From NCBI GenBank assembly GCA_036280335.1, contig DASUQZ010000086.1, positions 1-32,360 on the forward strand: DNA of 32,360 bases. The letters run 5' to 3'. Each line of letters begins with the position of its first letter. Position 1 is the stretch's first letter. Shown here piece after piece: positions 13,855-22,354 of the stretch. Source of the DNA: Solirubrobacterales bacterium (lineage in GTDB: Bacteria; Actinomycetota; Thermoleophilia; Solirubrobacterales; 70-9). A program made the position numbers and the translations under genes. The notes under the pieces were generated by a model, which saw only the letters and a list, made by a program, of their open reading frames with translations, did not search any database and was not told the DNA's origin.

Positions 13855-15981
13855 GTGAACCTCCTTTCCTTCCTCTTGCCCTATGCCGTCTTCTGCGTCG
13901 TCAGCGGCGCCATCGTCCTTGCCGCCAGCGGCGACTTCCACCTGCGCCGCTCGCTTGCCCAGGGTCTCGGCGTCTGCGCCCTCGGCCTCGCGACCCTCTG
14001 GGCCTGGGCCTTCGTCGCTCCCGCGGCCGCCGGCGGCTCCACCGGCGAGGTCCTCCGCAGCTGCCTCGACCTGCTCCTCGCGCTTGCCGCCCTCGGCGCC
14101 CTCTGCAACCACGGCCGGCCCGCCGCCGACCGCTTCGCGATCCTGACCGGAGGCCTCTTCCTGCTCGCCCTGGCCGATTCGCTGGCGACGCGCGGGGGGC
14201 TGGTGGGCGAGGCGCCGGGCCTGCTCCTCGTCGCGCTGCCGATCCTCGCCCTCGCTCTGGTCGCCGCGATCGCCCTCGCCGGCATCCGGGTCGACCCCCG
14301 CGAGGCGCGCAGCGGCCGCCTGGTCGTCACCCTCTCCCTCCTGGCGATGGGGATCGCGATCACCGCCCTCGTCTACGACCATTACTCCCGCCTCAGCGCC
14401 GGGACGATCCTGCTCGCGAGCCTGACCCTGCTCGTCGGCGCCGTCCAGCTGGTGGTTGCCCAGCGCGGCTGGCGCGACGCCCGTGCCCGGGCTCGGCTGG
14501 CGGAGATCGGCACCGCCCCGGCGGAGTTCGCCGGCCTCGACGCCGCCCTCACCGTCGACCTCGACGGAAGGATCCTCGCCTGCAACGAGCGGGCCCGGCG
14601 GATCTTCCACCGCGAGGAAGCCGAGATCGTCGGCAAGCCCGTCGGCGCCCTCCTGGACGGGGCGCCGCGATGGGGCTCCTTCGAAGAGGTGCTAGCCGCC
14701 GCGGGCTCCGAGGGGCTCTCCGCCTCGGTGGAGCTGAGCGCCTACGGCAGCGGCGGGATCAGCTTTCCGGTCGAAGTCGCGATCGGCCCGCTGCTCGGGG
14801 AGTCCTCGTCGCGAAGCGTCCTCGTCCGCGATATCAGCGAGCGGCGCCGCCGCGAGGAGGAGAACCGCCGCCTGGCGGCGATCGTCCGCTCCTCCGAGGA
14901 CGCGGTTGTGACCAAAGACCTGAGCGGCAAGATCACCGCCTGGAACCAGGGCGCCGAGCGCCTCTACGGCTACGCCCCCGAGGAGGCGATCGGCCGGCAC
15001 GTCGGGGAGCTGCTGATCCCGCCGGAGCGGCGGGCCGAGCACCGCCGGGTCCTCGAAGAGGCGGTCCGTGGCGAGACGGTCTCCTTCGAGACCCGGCGCA
15101 TCACCAAGGACGGCAGGCTGATCGACGTCTCCCTGCGGGCGTTTCCCGTCTCCAGCGTCTCCGGAGAGGTGACGGCCGTCTGCACCGTCGCCCACGACGT
15201 CAGCGAGCGCCGCCGGCGCGAACGCGCCGAAGCGCAGGACCGGGAGGCGCAGCTGTGGCGCGGGCGCCTGCGCCAGGCGGTCGGCAGCGGCAACCTCCTC
15301 TTCCACGGCCAGCCGATCATCGAGCTCGCCACGGGGGCCCTCCACCACCACGAGCTCCTGGTCCGGATGCGCCTCGAGGGGCAGCTGATCCGCCCGGGGG
15401 CCTTCCTGCCCTTCGTCGAGGAAGGCGAGCTGATCCGCGACCTGGATCTGTGGGCGATCGAACGGGGAACGCAGGTGGCGCGGGACCTGCCGGTGGCGAT
15501 CAACCTCTCCGCCCGCAGCCTCGGCAGCCGCGGCTTGCTTAACCTGATCGAGCGGCGGCTGGCCGAGGACGACGTGGCGCCGGAGAACCTGATCTTCGAG
15601 ATCACCGAGACCGCGGCAGCGGAGAACATGCAGGGCGCCAGGGAACTGGTTCGGGAGCTGACCCAGCTGGGTTGCGGCGTCGCCCTCGACGATTTTGGTA
15701 CTGGTTACGGCTCCTTTACGTACTTGCGGCATCTGCCCGTGACGCAGCTGAAGATCGACACCGAGTTCATCAGCGGGATCCGAAGCGACGCAACCGACCA
15801 ACGCGTCGTCGAATCGATGGTCGCCGTCGCCCGCAACTTCGAGATGACCACCGTCGCCGAGGGGGTGGAAGACAGGGATACCTTCGAACTGCTGGGTGAC
15901 CTGGGTATCGACATGGTTCAGGGGTACTACGTGGGGCGGCCGCAGCCATTGGATCTGGGAGCGGTGAGAAGCAATGGATGA
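13855..15981 (+). CDS. Membrane-bound PAS-PAS-EAL cyclic-di-GMP phosphodiesterase (no GGDEF domain)
   Basis: 708 aa with a GTG start. The N-terminus has about 6-7 TM helices, followed by two PAS-like modules. The EAL domain has 'HELLVRM', 'EITETAAAE', 'DDFGTGYGSFTYL', 'KIDTEFI', 'AEGVED' and 'QGYYVGRP'. Confidence 0.85.
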   Translation: MNLLSFLLPYAVFCVVSGAIVLAASGDFHLRRSLAQGLGVCALGLATLWAWAFVAPAAAGGSTGEVLRSCLDLLLALAALGALCNHGRPAADRFAILTGGLFLLALADSLATRGGLVGEAPGLLLVALPILALALVAAIALAGIRVDPREARSGRLVVTLSLLAMGIAITALVYDHYSRLSAGTILLASLTLLVGAVQLVVAQRGWRDARARARLAEIGTAPAEFAGLDAALTVDLDGRILACNERARRIFHREEAEIVGKPVGALLDGAPRWGSFEEVLAAAGSEGLSASVELSAYGSGGISFPVEVAIGPLLGESSSRSVLVRDISERRRREEENRRLAAIVRSSEDAVVTKDLSGKITAWNQGAERLYGYAPEEAIGRHVGELLIPPERRAEHRRVLEEAVRGETVSFETRRITKDGRLIDVSLRAFPVSSVSGEVTAVCTVAHDVSERRRRERAEAQDREAQLWRGRLRQAVGSGNLLFHGQPIIELATGALHHHELLVRMRLEGQLIRPGAFLPFVEEGELIRDLDLWAIERGTQVARDLPVAINLSARSLGSRGLLNLIERRLAEDDVAPENLIFEITETAAAENMQGARELVRELTQLGCGVALDDFGTGYGSFTYLRHLPVTQLKIDTEFISGIRSDATDQRVVESMVAVARNFEMTTVAEGVEDRDTFELLGDLGIDMVQGYYVGRPQPLDLGAVRSNG

Positions 15982-16183
15982 AACGCAGGAGAAGTCGCGG
16001 GACGAGAAGCAGCGGGAGCTCGACCGGGAGCAGTCGCTGCTCGACCTCGACCAGGCATTCGGCGAGCGGGAACAGCGGTCATCCCGGCAGGGCAGCCGCG
16101 ATCTCGTTCAGGAGGAGCTGGACGAGCGACAGCGCCGCCACGACCAGCGGCAGCGCGAACACGATGAACGGGCGAGCGGGTGA
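15974..16183 (+). CDS. Highly charged 69-aa protein (hypothetical, coiled-coil-like)
   Basis: Its ATG lies inside ATGGATGA, overlapping the EAL gene's stop, and its own stop overlaps the next start (GTGA). G/C third-position bias is high. The sequence is E/R/Q/D-rich. Confidence 0.45.
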   Translation: MDETQEKSRDEKQRELDREQSLLDLDQAFGEREQRSSRQGSRDLVQEELDERQRRHDQRQREHDERASG

Positions 16184-16575
16184 GCCCTTCTCCCCCCGGG
16201 GAGCCGACGGCGATCGAGCTCCTCTTCGACGCGGTGCTGCGCGGCGAGCAGGACCGGGTGCTGGAGCTCCTGCACCCCGACGTCGAATGGTCCCCCACCG
16301 TCTGGAGCGGGGAGGAGATGTACCGGGGGCACGACGGGGTGCGGCGCTGGCTCTCCCAGTTCGGCCAGAACCTCGAGCACCTCGACATCCGCGTGCAGAA
16401 AGTCGAGGTGCGCGAGGACCGGGGGGCGGTGCTCGGCATCGTCTTCGACACCAGGGGCAACCAGAAATTCGCCGTCGAGGTCCCCTGGAGCTATGAGATG
16501 GAGGACGGCCTGCTGCGCCGCGGGCGCGCCCACGGCACCTGGGAGGAAGCGCTGCGAGCGGCGCGGCTGAGCTGA
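16180..16575 (+). CDS. SnoaL/NTF2-like fold protein (hypothetical)
   Basis: 131 aa. 'AIELLFDAVLRGEQDRVLELLHPDVEW...GHDGVRRWL' resembles SnoaL_2/NTF2-like proteins. Confidence 0.5.
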   Translation: MSPSPPGEPTAIELLFDAVLRGEQDRVLELLHPDVEWSPTVWSGEEMYRGHDGVRRWLSQFGQNLEHLDIRVQKVEVREDRGAVLGIVFDTRGNQKFAVEVPWSYEMEDGLLRRGRAHGTWEEALRAARLS

Positions 16576-16588
16576 GGGACGGCGAGGG

Positions 16589-17332
16589 TCAGAGGGCCCG
16601 CACCGCGAGAACCGCCGCCACGACGAGGCCGACCGCCGCGATCGAGACCCGCAGCGGGTCGCTGGGGATGCGGCGGGCGTAGTGGGCGCCGACCCGGCCG
16701 CCGGCGAAGGAGGAGACCATGATCGTCAGCGCGTAGCGCCAGTCGACCGGGGCGAGGAAGGCGAAGATCAGGGCGGCGAGGAGGTTCGAGGACCCGGCGA
16801 GGAGGATCTTCAGCCCGTTGAGGTGCTGGAGGGTGTCGGCGACGAAGAGGGCGAGCAGGGCGAAGACGAGGATGCTGACCGCCGAGCCGAAGTAGGCCTG
16901 GTAGGCGCCGCAGAAGAAGATGCCGGCGAGGAGGAAGGGCGAGCGCTCGTTGCCGGCGTGGGCGATGTGCGGGACCAGGCGCGGCTGGAAGAGGAGCAGC
17001 AGGCAGGAGCCGGCGATCAGGACCGGGACGATCGCTTCGAAGGTCGCCTCGGAGGTGACGAGGAGCGCCGCCGAGCCGGCGACGGCGCCGAGCAGCAACG
17101 GGGTGAGCAGGCGGAGGAAGCGCGCGCCCTGCTCGCGCAGCAGGTCGGCGTAGCCGAGGGCGCCGCCGATCGAGGCGGAGACGATCCCCACGGTGTTGGT
17201 GACGTTCGCCGCCAGCGGCGGCAGGCCCAGGGCCACCATGGTCGGGAAGGTGATCAGCGCGCCGCCGCCGGCGATGGAGTTGGCCGCCCCCGCCGCGGCG
17301 CCGGCCGCTGCGACGGCAAGGATCTCGAGCAC
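16589..17332 (-). CDS. TauE/SafE (TSUP, DUF81) family anion-exporter membrane protein
   Basis: 247 aa with a GTG start. 'AAGAANSIAGGGALITFPTMVALGLPPLAANVTNTVG' and an internally duplicated TM pattern are typical of TSUP proteins. Confidence 0.75.
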   Translation of the reverse strand: MLEILAVAAAGAAAGAANSIAGGGALITFPTMVALGLPPLAANVTNTVGIVSASIGGALGYADLLREQGARFLRLLTPLLLGAVAGSAALLVTSEATFEAIVPVLIAGSCLLLLFQPRLVPHIAHAGNERSPFLLAGIFFCGAYQAYFGSAVSILVFALLALFVADTLQHLNGLKILLAGSSNLLAALIFAFLAPVDWRYALTIMVSSFAGGRVGAHYARRIPSDPLRVSIAAVGLVVAAVLAVRAL

Positions 17333-17347
17333 GGGCCGAAGTGTCGC

Positions 17348-18241
17348 TCAGGCGGCGCGCGAGTGGATACGCGGGGTGGAGGTGCCGCCGCGCTGCTTCT
17401 CCATCTGCGTGACGACGTTGAAGAAGTAGTTGTTGCGGCCGCGGCGCAAGCGGCGCGGGAAGGCGGGCCGGGCGCGGCGGTGGGCGGCGGCGACCGCCTG
17501 GAAGGCGGTCTCATGGGCGGCGGTCCAGGGGATGCCGAAGATCTCGCGCACGCGCGGCGGCAGGGTCCCCTTGATGATCAGGTTCTGGACGGCGATGTTC
17601 CCGCGGGCCGAGCGCGGCACCGGCTGCTCGAAGGCGACCAGCGGTGCCATCTCGAGCGCGTGGTCGGTCGCGTGGAGGTGGGGCGAGGCGAGCTTCTCCT
17701 CCCACCAGGCGTCGAACTCGCGGTAGGTGGCGGGCACCTCCTCGCGGGGCAGGCCGAAGAGCTCCCCGAAGCGGACGTAGTCCTGCCAGAGCGCTTCGCG
17801 CTCCCGATCGCCGAGCGGCCGGACCATCGTCTCGTACATCGCCCGCCCCGAGTCGGCGATCACCGCCAGCGTCCACAGCATCAGCTCGGGGTCGAAGGCC
17901 GAGTAGGGGGTGCCGGCGGGGTGGGTGCCCGCGGCCTCGGGCAGCTCGCCCTTGATCCGCTCGTGCAGGCGGTGGACCGCCGCCAGCGCCCTGTCGGCCT
18001 CCTCCCTGGTGCCGAGGAAGACCGTCTCCTGGATCTTCGCGGTGCGGGCGAGGCGGGTGAAGGGATGATCGCCGGCGCCGGTGCTGAGCATCGTGCCGGT
18101 GTAGGTGAGCGGTTCGAGCGCCCCGATCAGCAGCGCTCGCTGCCCGTAGAGAAGCCCGACCGAGCGCTCACCGTGGACCCGGCGCGCCATCGATCGTCCG
18201 GGCGGGAAGTAGTGATGATCGCTCACTGGCCGTCCGGCCAA
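17348..18241 (-). CDS. DUF2236 / MpaB-like oxygenase family protein
   Basis: 297 aa. 'YFPPGRSMARRVHGE...LLYGQRALLIGALEP', 'FDPELMLWTLAV' and 'YVRFGELFGLP' fit the DUF2236 pattern. Start uncertain: TTG 18241, GTG 18226 or ATG 18190. Confidence 0.6.
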   Translation of the reverse strand: MAGRPVSDHHYFPPGRSMARRVHGERSVGLLYGQRALLIGALEPLTYTGTMLSTGAGDHPFTRLARTAKIQETVFLGTREEADRALAAVHRLHERIKGELPEAAGTHPAGTPYSAFDPELMLWTLAVIADSGRAMYETMVRPLGDREREALWQDYVRFGELFGLPREEVPATYREFDAWWEEKLASPHLHATDHALEMAPLVAFEQPVPRSARGNIAVQNLIIKGTLPPRVREIFGIPWTAAHETAFQAVAAAHRRARPAFPRRLRRGRNNYFFNVVTQMEKQRGGTSTPRIHSRAA

Positions 18242-18277
18242 GCCTACAGCGGATCTGGCTGCCTGGCCAGGATCTGC

Positions 18278-19834
18278 CTAGAGCGACTGCGACTGCCGGC
18301 TCTCCCGGCTCATCGCGACCAGCGCCGCGCCGGAGCCGGGCGCCTCGACCAGCCCGCGCAGCTCGTGGGCGTCGAAGATCTCGTCCAGCTCCTCGCGGGT
18401 CAGCGTCTCCCGCTCCAGAGCCAGCACCGCCAGGTGGTCGAGCACCTCGAGGTTGGCGGAGACCAGCGCCCGGGCGCGGCGGTAGGCCTCGCGGGCGAGC
18501 GTCATCGCCGCCTGGTCGACCTCGCGGCGGGTCTGGTCGGAGACGGCGTAGTCGGCCGTGGGGAGGGCGATCGGCGGCGGCCCGTCGTGGTCGAGCGCGA
18601 CGCCCATCCCGAATTCGGAGACCATCTGCTTGCAGACCAGGTGGACCCGGTTGAGGTCGTCGGAGGCGCCGGAGTAGGTCGCTCCCAGCGCCACCTCCTC
18701 GGCGGCGCGGCCGCCCAGCAGCGTCACCACCTCGTCGAGCAGCTCCTCGCGCGACTTCAGGTAGCTGTCCTCCTGGGGCGAGTGGGCGACGAAGCCGAGC
18801 GCCGGGCCGCGGGGGACGATGCTGAGGATCTCCGGCGGGTCGAGGCCGAGCAGGCGGCGGCAGAGCGCGTGGCCGGCCTCGTGGTAGGCGACGATCCGCC
18901 GCTCCTTCGCGTTGAGGCGGCGGGCCTGCTGGGAGCCGACGGCCTGGCGCAGCAACGCCTCGTCGAGGTCCTCGCGGGTCATGTAGAAGCGGCCGGCGCG
19001 GCCGGCGATGATCGCGCCCTCGTTGAGCGCGTTGGCGAGCTGGGCGCCGGTCATCCCGGTGGTCTTGCGGGCGACGTCGGCGAGGTCGAGGTCCGGCGCC
19101 AGCGGCTTGTCCTTGGCGTGGCTGCGGAGGATCTGCTCGCGGCCCGTGCGGTCGGGCGGGGAGACGAGCACGCGGCGGTCGAAGCGGCCCGGCCGCAGCA
19201 GTGCCCTGTCGAGCTTGTCGACGTGGTTGGAGGCGGCGATCACGATCACCACGCCGGGGTCTTTCTCGAAGCCGTCGAGCTCGACCAGCAGCTGGTTCAG
19301 CGCCTGCTCGCGCTCGCTGCTGCCGCCGTCGCCGCCGCCGGAGCCGCGGGAGCCGCCGATCGCGTCGAGCTCGTCGATGAAGATGACGGCGCGGCCGGAC
19401 TTGCGGGCCTCTTTGAAGAGGCGGCGGATGCGGGCGGCGCCGCGGCCGACGAACATCTCGACGAAGCTGGAGCCCGAGGCGGCGTAGAAGTCGACGCCGG
19501 CCTGGGCCGCAACCGCCCGCGCCAGCATCGTCTTCCCGGTGCCGGGAGGTCCGTGGAGGAGAACGCCACGGGGGGCACGGGCGCCGAGGGCGGAGAAGCG
19601 GTCGGGTTCGCGCAGCCAGGCGGCCACGTCCATCAGCTCCTCCTTGGCGGCGTCGACCCCCTGCACCTGCTCCCAGAGGACGGGCTCGGTCCGGGACGCC
19701 TTGACCGTCTCCGGCCGGGTCGTGCCCATCATCCCCCGCATCATTTTCAGGAAGACGAAGAGCAGCATCGCCATGAAGATGACGCCGAAGACCGGGTACC
19801 AGTTGAAAAAGAATTCCTGCACGTCGGTGGCCAT
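18278..19834 (-). CDS. FtsH-like AAA+ ATPase / M41 zinc metalloprotease, short-N-terminus variant
   Basis: The C-terminal 518 aa of ORF 18278..21379, starting at ATG 19834 ('MATDVQEFFFNWYPVFGVIFMAMLLFVFL'). Carries Walker A GPPGTGKT, Walker B IFIDELD, SRH 'ASNHVDKLDRALLRPGRFDRRV' and the Zn motif HEAGH. There is a single TM helix, and Walker A sits at about residue 95. Confidence 0.85.
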   Translation of the reverse strand: MATDVQEFFFNWYPVFGVIFMAMLLFVFLKMMRGMMGTTRPETVKASRTEPVLWEQVQGVDAAKEELMDVAAWLREPDRFSALGARAPRGVLLHGPPGTGKTMLARAVAAQAGVDFYAASGSSFVEMFVGRGAARIRRLFKEARKSGRAVIFIDELDAIGGSRGSGGGDGGSSEREQALNQLLVELDGFEKDPGVVIVIAASNHVDKLDRALLRPGRFDRRVLVSPPDRTGREQILRSHAKDKPLAPDLDLADVARKTTGMTGAQLANALNEGAIIAGRAGRFYMTREDLDEALLRQAVGSQQARRLNAKERRIVAYHEAGHALCRRLLGLDPPEILSIVPRGPALGFVAHSPQEDSYLKSREELLDEVVTLLGGRAAEEVALGATYSGASDDLNRVHLVCKQMVSEFGMGVALDHDGPPPIALPTADYAVSDQTRREVDQAAMTLAREAYRRARALVSANLEVLDHLAVLALERETLTREELDEIFDAHELRGLVEAPGSGAALVAMSRESRQSQSL

Positions 19835-19948
19835 TGGTGCAGTGTGGAGATAACGCAGCGAAATCCCATCGCACATCCGTCCAAATTCGCGAAAAGGGCT
19901 AAAGGTCGTGCCTGAGCGGCGTCCGCGCGGATCGATTACGGTCGGCAG

Positions 19949-21607
19949 ATGCTTCATCTCCGCCTCCTGCTCTTGGCGCTGAGTGCCGTCGTCGCGCTCT
20001 CGGCTGTTCCCGCTGCGAGCGCCGCCCCCGGCGACCTCGATCCCAGCTTCGGCAGCGGCGGCAGCGTCCGGCTCCTGCCCAGCAACGAGGACGTCAACCT
20101 CCGCGCGGTGGCGGTGCAGCCGGATCTGAAGATCGTCATGGCGGGCGCGGATTACCTCTCCAACAGCGTCATCCTCGTGCGGCTGTTGCCCAGCGGCCAG
20201 CTGGACCCGACCTTCGGATCCGGCGGCCTTGTCGCCACTCCCTTTGCCGGATTCGGGGAGGCGCGCGCGATCGCCCTCCAGCCCGACGGCAAGATCGTCA
20301 TCGCCGGTGCCGCCAAAGGCGTCGTCAACGCCGACTTCCTGATCGCCCGCTACAACACCGATGGCTCGCCCGACACCGGTTTCGGCGGCGGCGACGGCAT
20401 CCAGCTGCTGCCGATCGGCGCCGGTGCCGAGGAGGCCGAGGCGGTGGCGATCGGCCCGGGTGGGCGCATCCTCGCGACGGGCTGGACGGACCTGGGGAGC
20501 AGCAAAACCCACGCCCCGGTTGCCGTGCTCAAACCGAACGGCGAACCCGATCCGGCGTTCGCGGGAGACGGGACGACGATCGTCGACACCACCGCGGACG
20601 ATTCCGACGAAGGGGTGGCGATCGCCGAGCTCGCCGACGGCCGCATCCTGATCGGCGATGCGAGCGGCAGCGGCGGCGGTAAAGGGTTCAGGCTGGTGCG
20701 GCTGCTCTCCTCCGGAGCGCCCGACCCGGAATTCGGCGGCGGCGACGGGATCGTGGAGACGCCGATCCCGAGCACCGGCGACGGGCGGATCACCGACTTC
20801 GCCCTCCGTCCCGACGGGCGCATCGTCAGCTCCGGTTACGGCTTCGACGAAGGCACGCCGTCCGACTCGAAGTTCGCCGCCGTCGGCTACCTCGGCAACG
20901 GCGAGCTCGACGCCTCCTTCGCCGGGACCGGCATCTTCGCCCAGCAGATCGGCGCCGGTTCCGACTCCGCGCAGGTGGTCCAGCTGGCCCCGAACGGCAA
21001 GGTCCTGCTGGCGGGGCTCTACGACGCCGCTCCCGGCAACCAGTCGACGGCGCTGCTCCGCCTCGACCAGCTCGGCGCGCTCGACCCGAGCTTCGGCAGC
21101 GGCGGCATCGTCAGGCGCGGGGTGACCGCACCCTTCGGCGAGATCCTCCAGGACGCTGCGCTCGACGCCGAAGAACGGATGGTCGTCGTCAGCACCGCCT
21201 ACATCGGCGGCGGCAACACGGAAGTGGTGGTCAGCCGCTACCTCGGCGACCTGCGGCCGCCGCAGCCTTCGGCCCCGATCAACCAGCCCCCGCACGCGCG
21301 GATGAAGAAGGTGAAGAAGAAGGTGGCGGCGGAGAAGCTGAAGGGCTTCTCGGGGACGGCGAGCGATCCCGACGGGCACGGCGTTCAGCGCGTCCAGATC
21401 GCGCTCGTTAAGCGCGGCAAGGTGGCCAAAGCCAAGCTGCGCTGGCGCGCCGTCAAGGGCAAGAAGAAGTGGAGGCTCCGCCTCAAGCGTGAGCTGAGAC
21501 CCGGGCGCTACGTCGTCTTCGCCCGCGCGATCGACGGCACCGGCCTGGCCGAGGCGAAGTTCAGCCGCAAGCTGCGGAACCGCTACGCGTTCCGCGTCCT
21601 GCCCTAG
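19949..21607 (+). CDS. Secreted delta-60-repeat beta-propeller protein with a basic Ig-like C-terminal domain
   Basis: Signal peptide 'MLHLRLLLLALSAVVALSAVPAASAAPG'. Seven repeats of about 56-62 aa each begin with (L/P)D(P)xFGxGG and contain 'QPDGKIV..G'-type blocks (TIGR02608-like). The C-terminus is K-rich ('GTASDPDGHGVQRVQIAL'). Confidence 0.75.
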   Translation: MLHLRLLLLALSAVVALSAVPAASAAPGDLDPSFGSGGSVRLLPSNEDVNLRAVAVQPDLKIVMAGADYLSNSVILVRLLPSGQLDPTFGSGGLVATPFAGFGEARAIALQPDGKIVIAGAAKGVVNADFLIARYNTDGSPDTGFGGGDGIQLLPIGAGAEEAEAVAIGPGGRILATGWTDLGSSKTHAPVAVLKPNGEPDPAFAGDGTTIVDTTADDSDEGVAIAELADGRILIGDASGSGGGKGFRLVRLLSSGAPDPEFGGGDGIVETPIPSTGDGRITDFALRPDGRIVSSGYGFDEGTPSDSKFAAVGYLGNGELDASFAGTGIFAQQIGAGSDSAQVVQLAPNGKVLLAGLYDAAPGNQSTALLRLDQLGALDPSFGSGGIVRRGVTAPFGEILQDAALDAEERMVVVSTAYIGGGNTEVVVSRYLGDLRPPQPSAPINQPPHARMKKVKKKVAAEKLKGFSGTASDPDGHGVQRVQIALVKRGKVAKAKLRWRAVKGKKKWRLRLKRELRPGRYVVFARAIDGTGLAEAKFSRKLRNRYAFRVLP

Positions 21608-21610
21608 TCG

Positions 21611-22354
21611 TCACCGCTCGACCTGGGAGCCGCCGACGATGGCCTCCTCGCCGGAGTCGCCGAAGACGATCCACGCCTTGTTGCCGCCGTCGTAGTCGGG
21701 CGCCCACAGCTTCAGGGTCGCGGGGCGGCCCCAGACCGTCACCTCCTCCTCGCCGGTCGAGTCGAGCCCGCGCCAGATCCGCACGAAGGGGTTCTGCTCC
21801 CACTCGCCGCCGATCGTCGTCGGCTCCCTGTGGCCGGGATGGACGGTGGTGGTGGGCGGCAGCTCCATCAGCCGCATCACCGAGGACCTGAGGTCGGCGA
21901 AGCCGCTGGCGCCGGGGGCCATGGTGCCGCCGACGGTGCCCTTGAAGAGGACGTCGGCGGTGAAGACGTCGCTGCCGTTGACGAGGTAGGCGAGGTGGCC
22001 GGCGGCGTGGCCGGGGGTGAAGAGGGCTTCGATCTCGAGGCCCCCGGCGTCGAGCTTCTCGCCGTCGCCGAGCGTTATCTCGACCTCCTCGTCGAGCTCC
22101 GCCGCGGTCGCCTCGTGCGCGACGAGCGGCGGGTCGCCCAGCCGTGCCCGCGCCTCGGCGAGGCCGGCGACGTGGTCGGGGTGGGGGTGGGTGACGAGGA
22201 CGTGGGTGATCTCGATCCCCTCGCCCTCCGCGCGCGCCAGCAGCGGATCGAGTTCGTCGTTGCCGTCGATCAGGACGCCGGTGCCGCGGTCGGGGTTGGC
22301 GACCAGGTAGGCGTTCGACAGCCACATCGGGTTCTCGGTCCTCTCGACGATCAC
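21611..22354 (-). CDS. MBL-fold metallo-hydrolase
   Basis: Carries 'VLVTHPHPDHVAG' (HxHxDH) and 'TPGHAAGH'. GTG at 22354 overlaps the upstream stop (GTGA); an alternative ATG lies at 22327. The rest of ORF 21611..22933 is out-of-gene read-through. Confidence 0.8.
   Translation of the reverse strand: MIVERTENPMWLSNAYLVANPDRGTGVLIDGNDELDPLLARAEGEGIEITHVLVTHPHPDHVAGLAEARARLGDPPLVAHEATAAELDEEVEITLGDGEKLDAGGLEIEALFTPGHAAGHLAYLVNGSDVFTADVLFKGTVGGTMAPGASGFADLRSSVMRLMELPPTTTVHPGHREPTTIGGEWEQNPFVRIWRGLDSTGEEEVTVWGRPATLKLWAPDYDGGNKAWIVFGDSGEEAIVGGSQVER

Noticed and set aside
14692-15801. 369-aa minus-strand ORF opposite the PAS-EAL gene, plus the plus-strand off-frame ORF 14670..15542
   Set aside because: These are shadow ORFs. 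The EAL/PAS frame has clear catalytic motifs and these do not.
16682-19915. 1077-aa plus-strand ORF spanning the TauE, DUF2236 and FtsH regions
   Set aside because: The translation is low-complexity and Arg/Gly/Asp/Glu/Pro-rich with no motifs. It lies antisense to three well-supported minus-strand genes, which is a typical high-G+C shadow ORF.
19835-21379. N-terminal 515 aa of the 1033-aa minus-strand ORF 18278..21379
   Set aside because: It is antisense to the delta-60 propeller gene and lacks protein-like composition. The FtsH-like protein starts at the ATG at 19834 with its TM helix.
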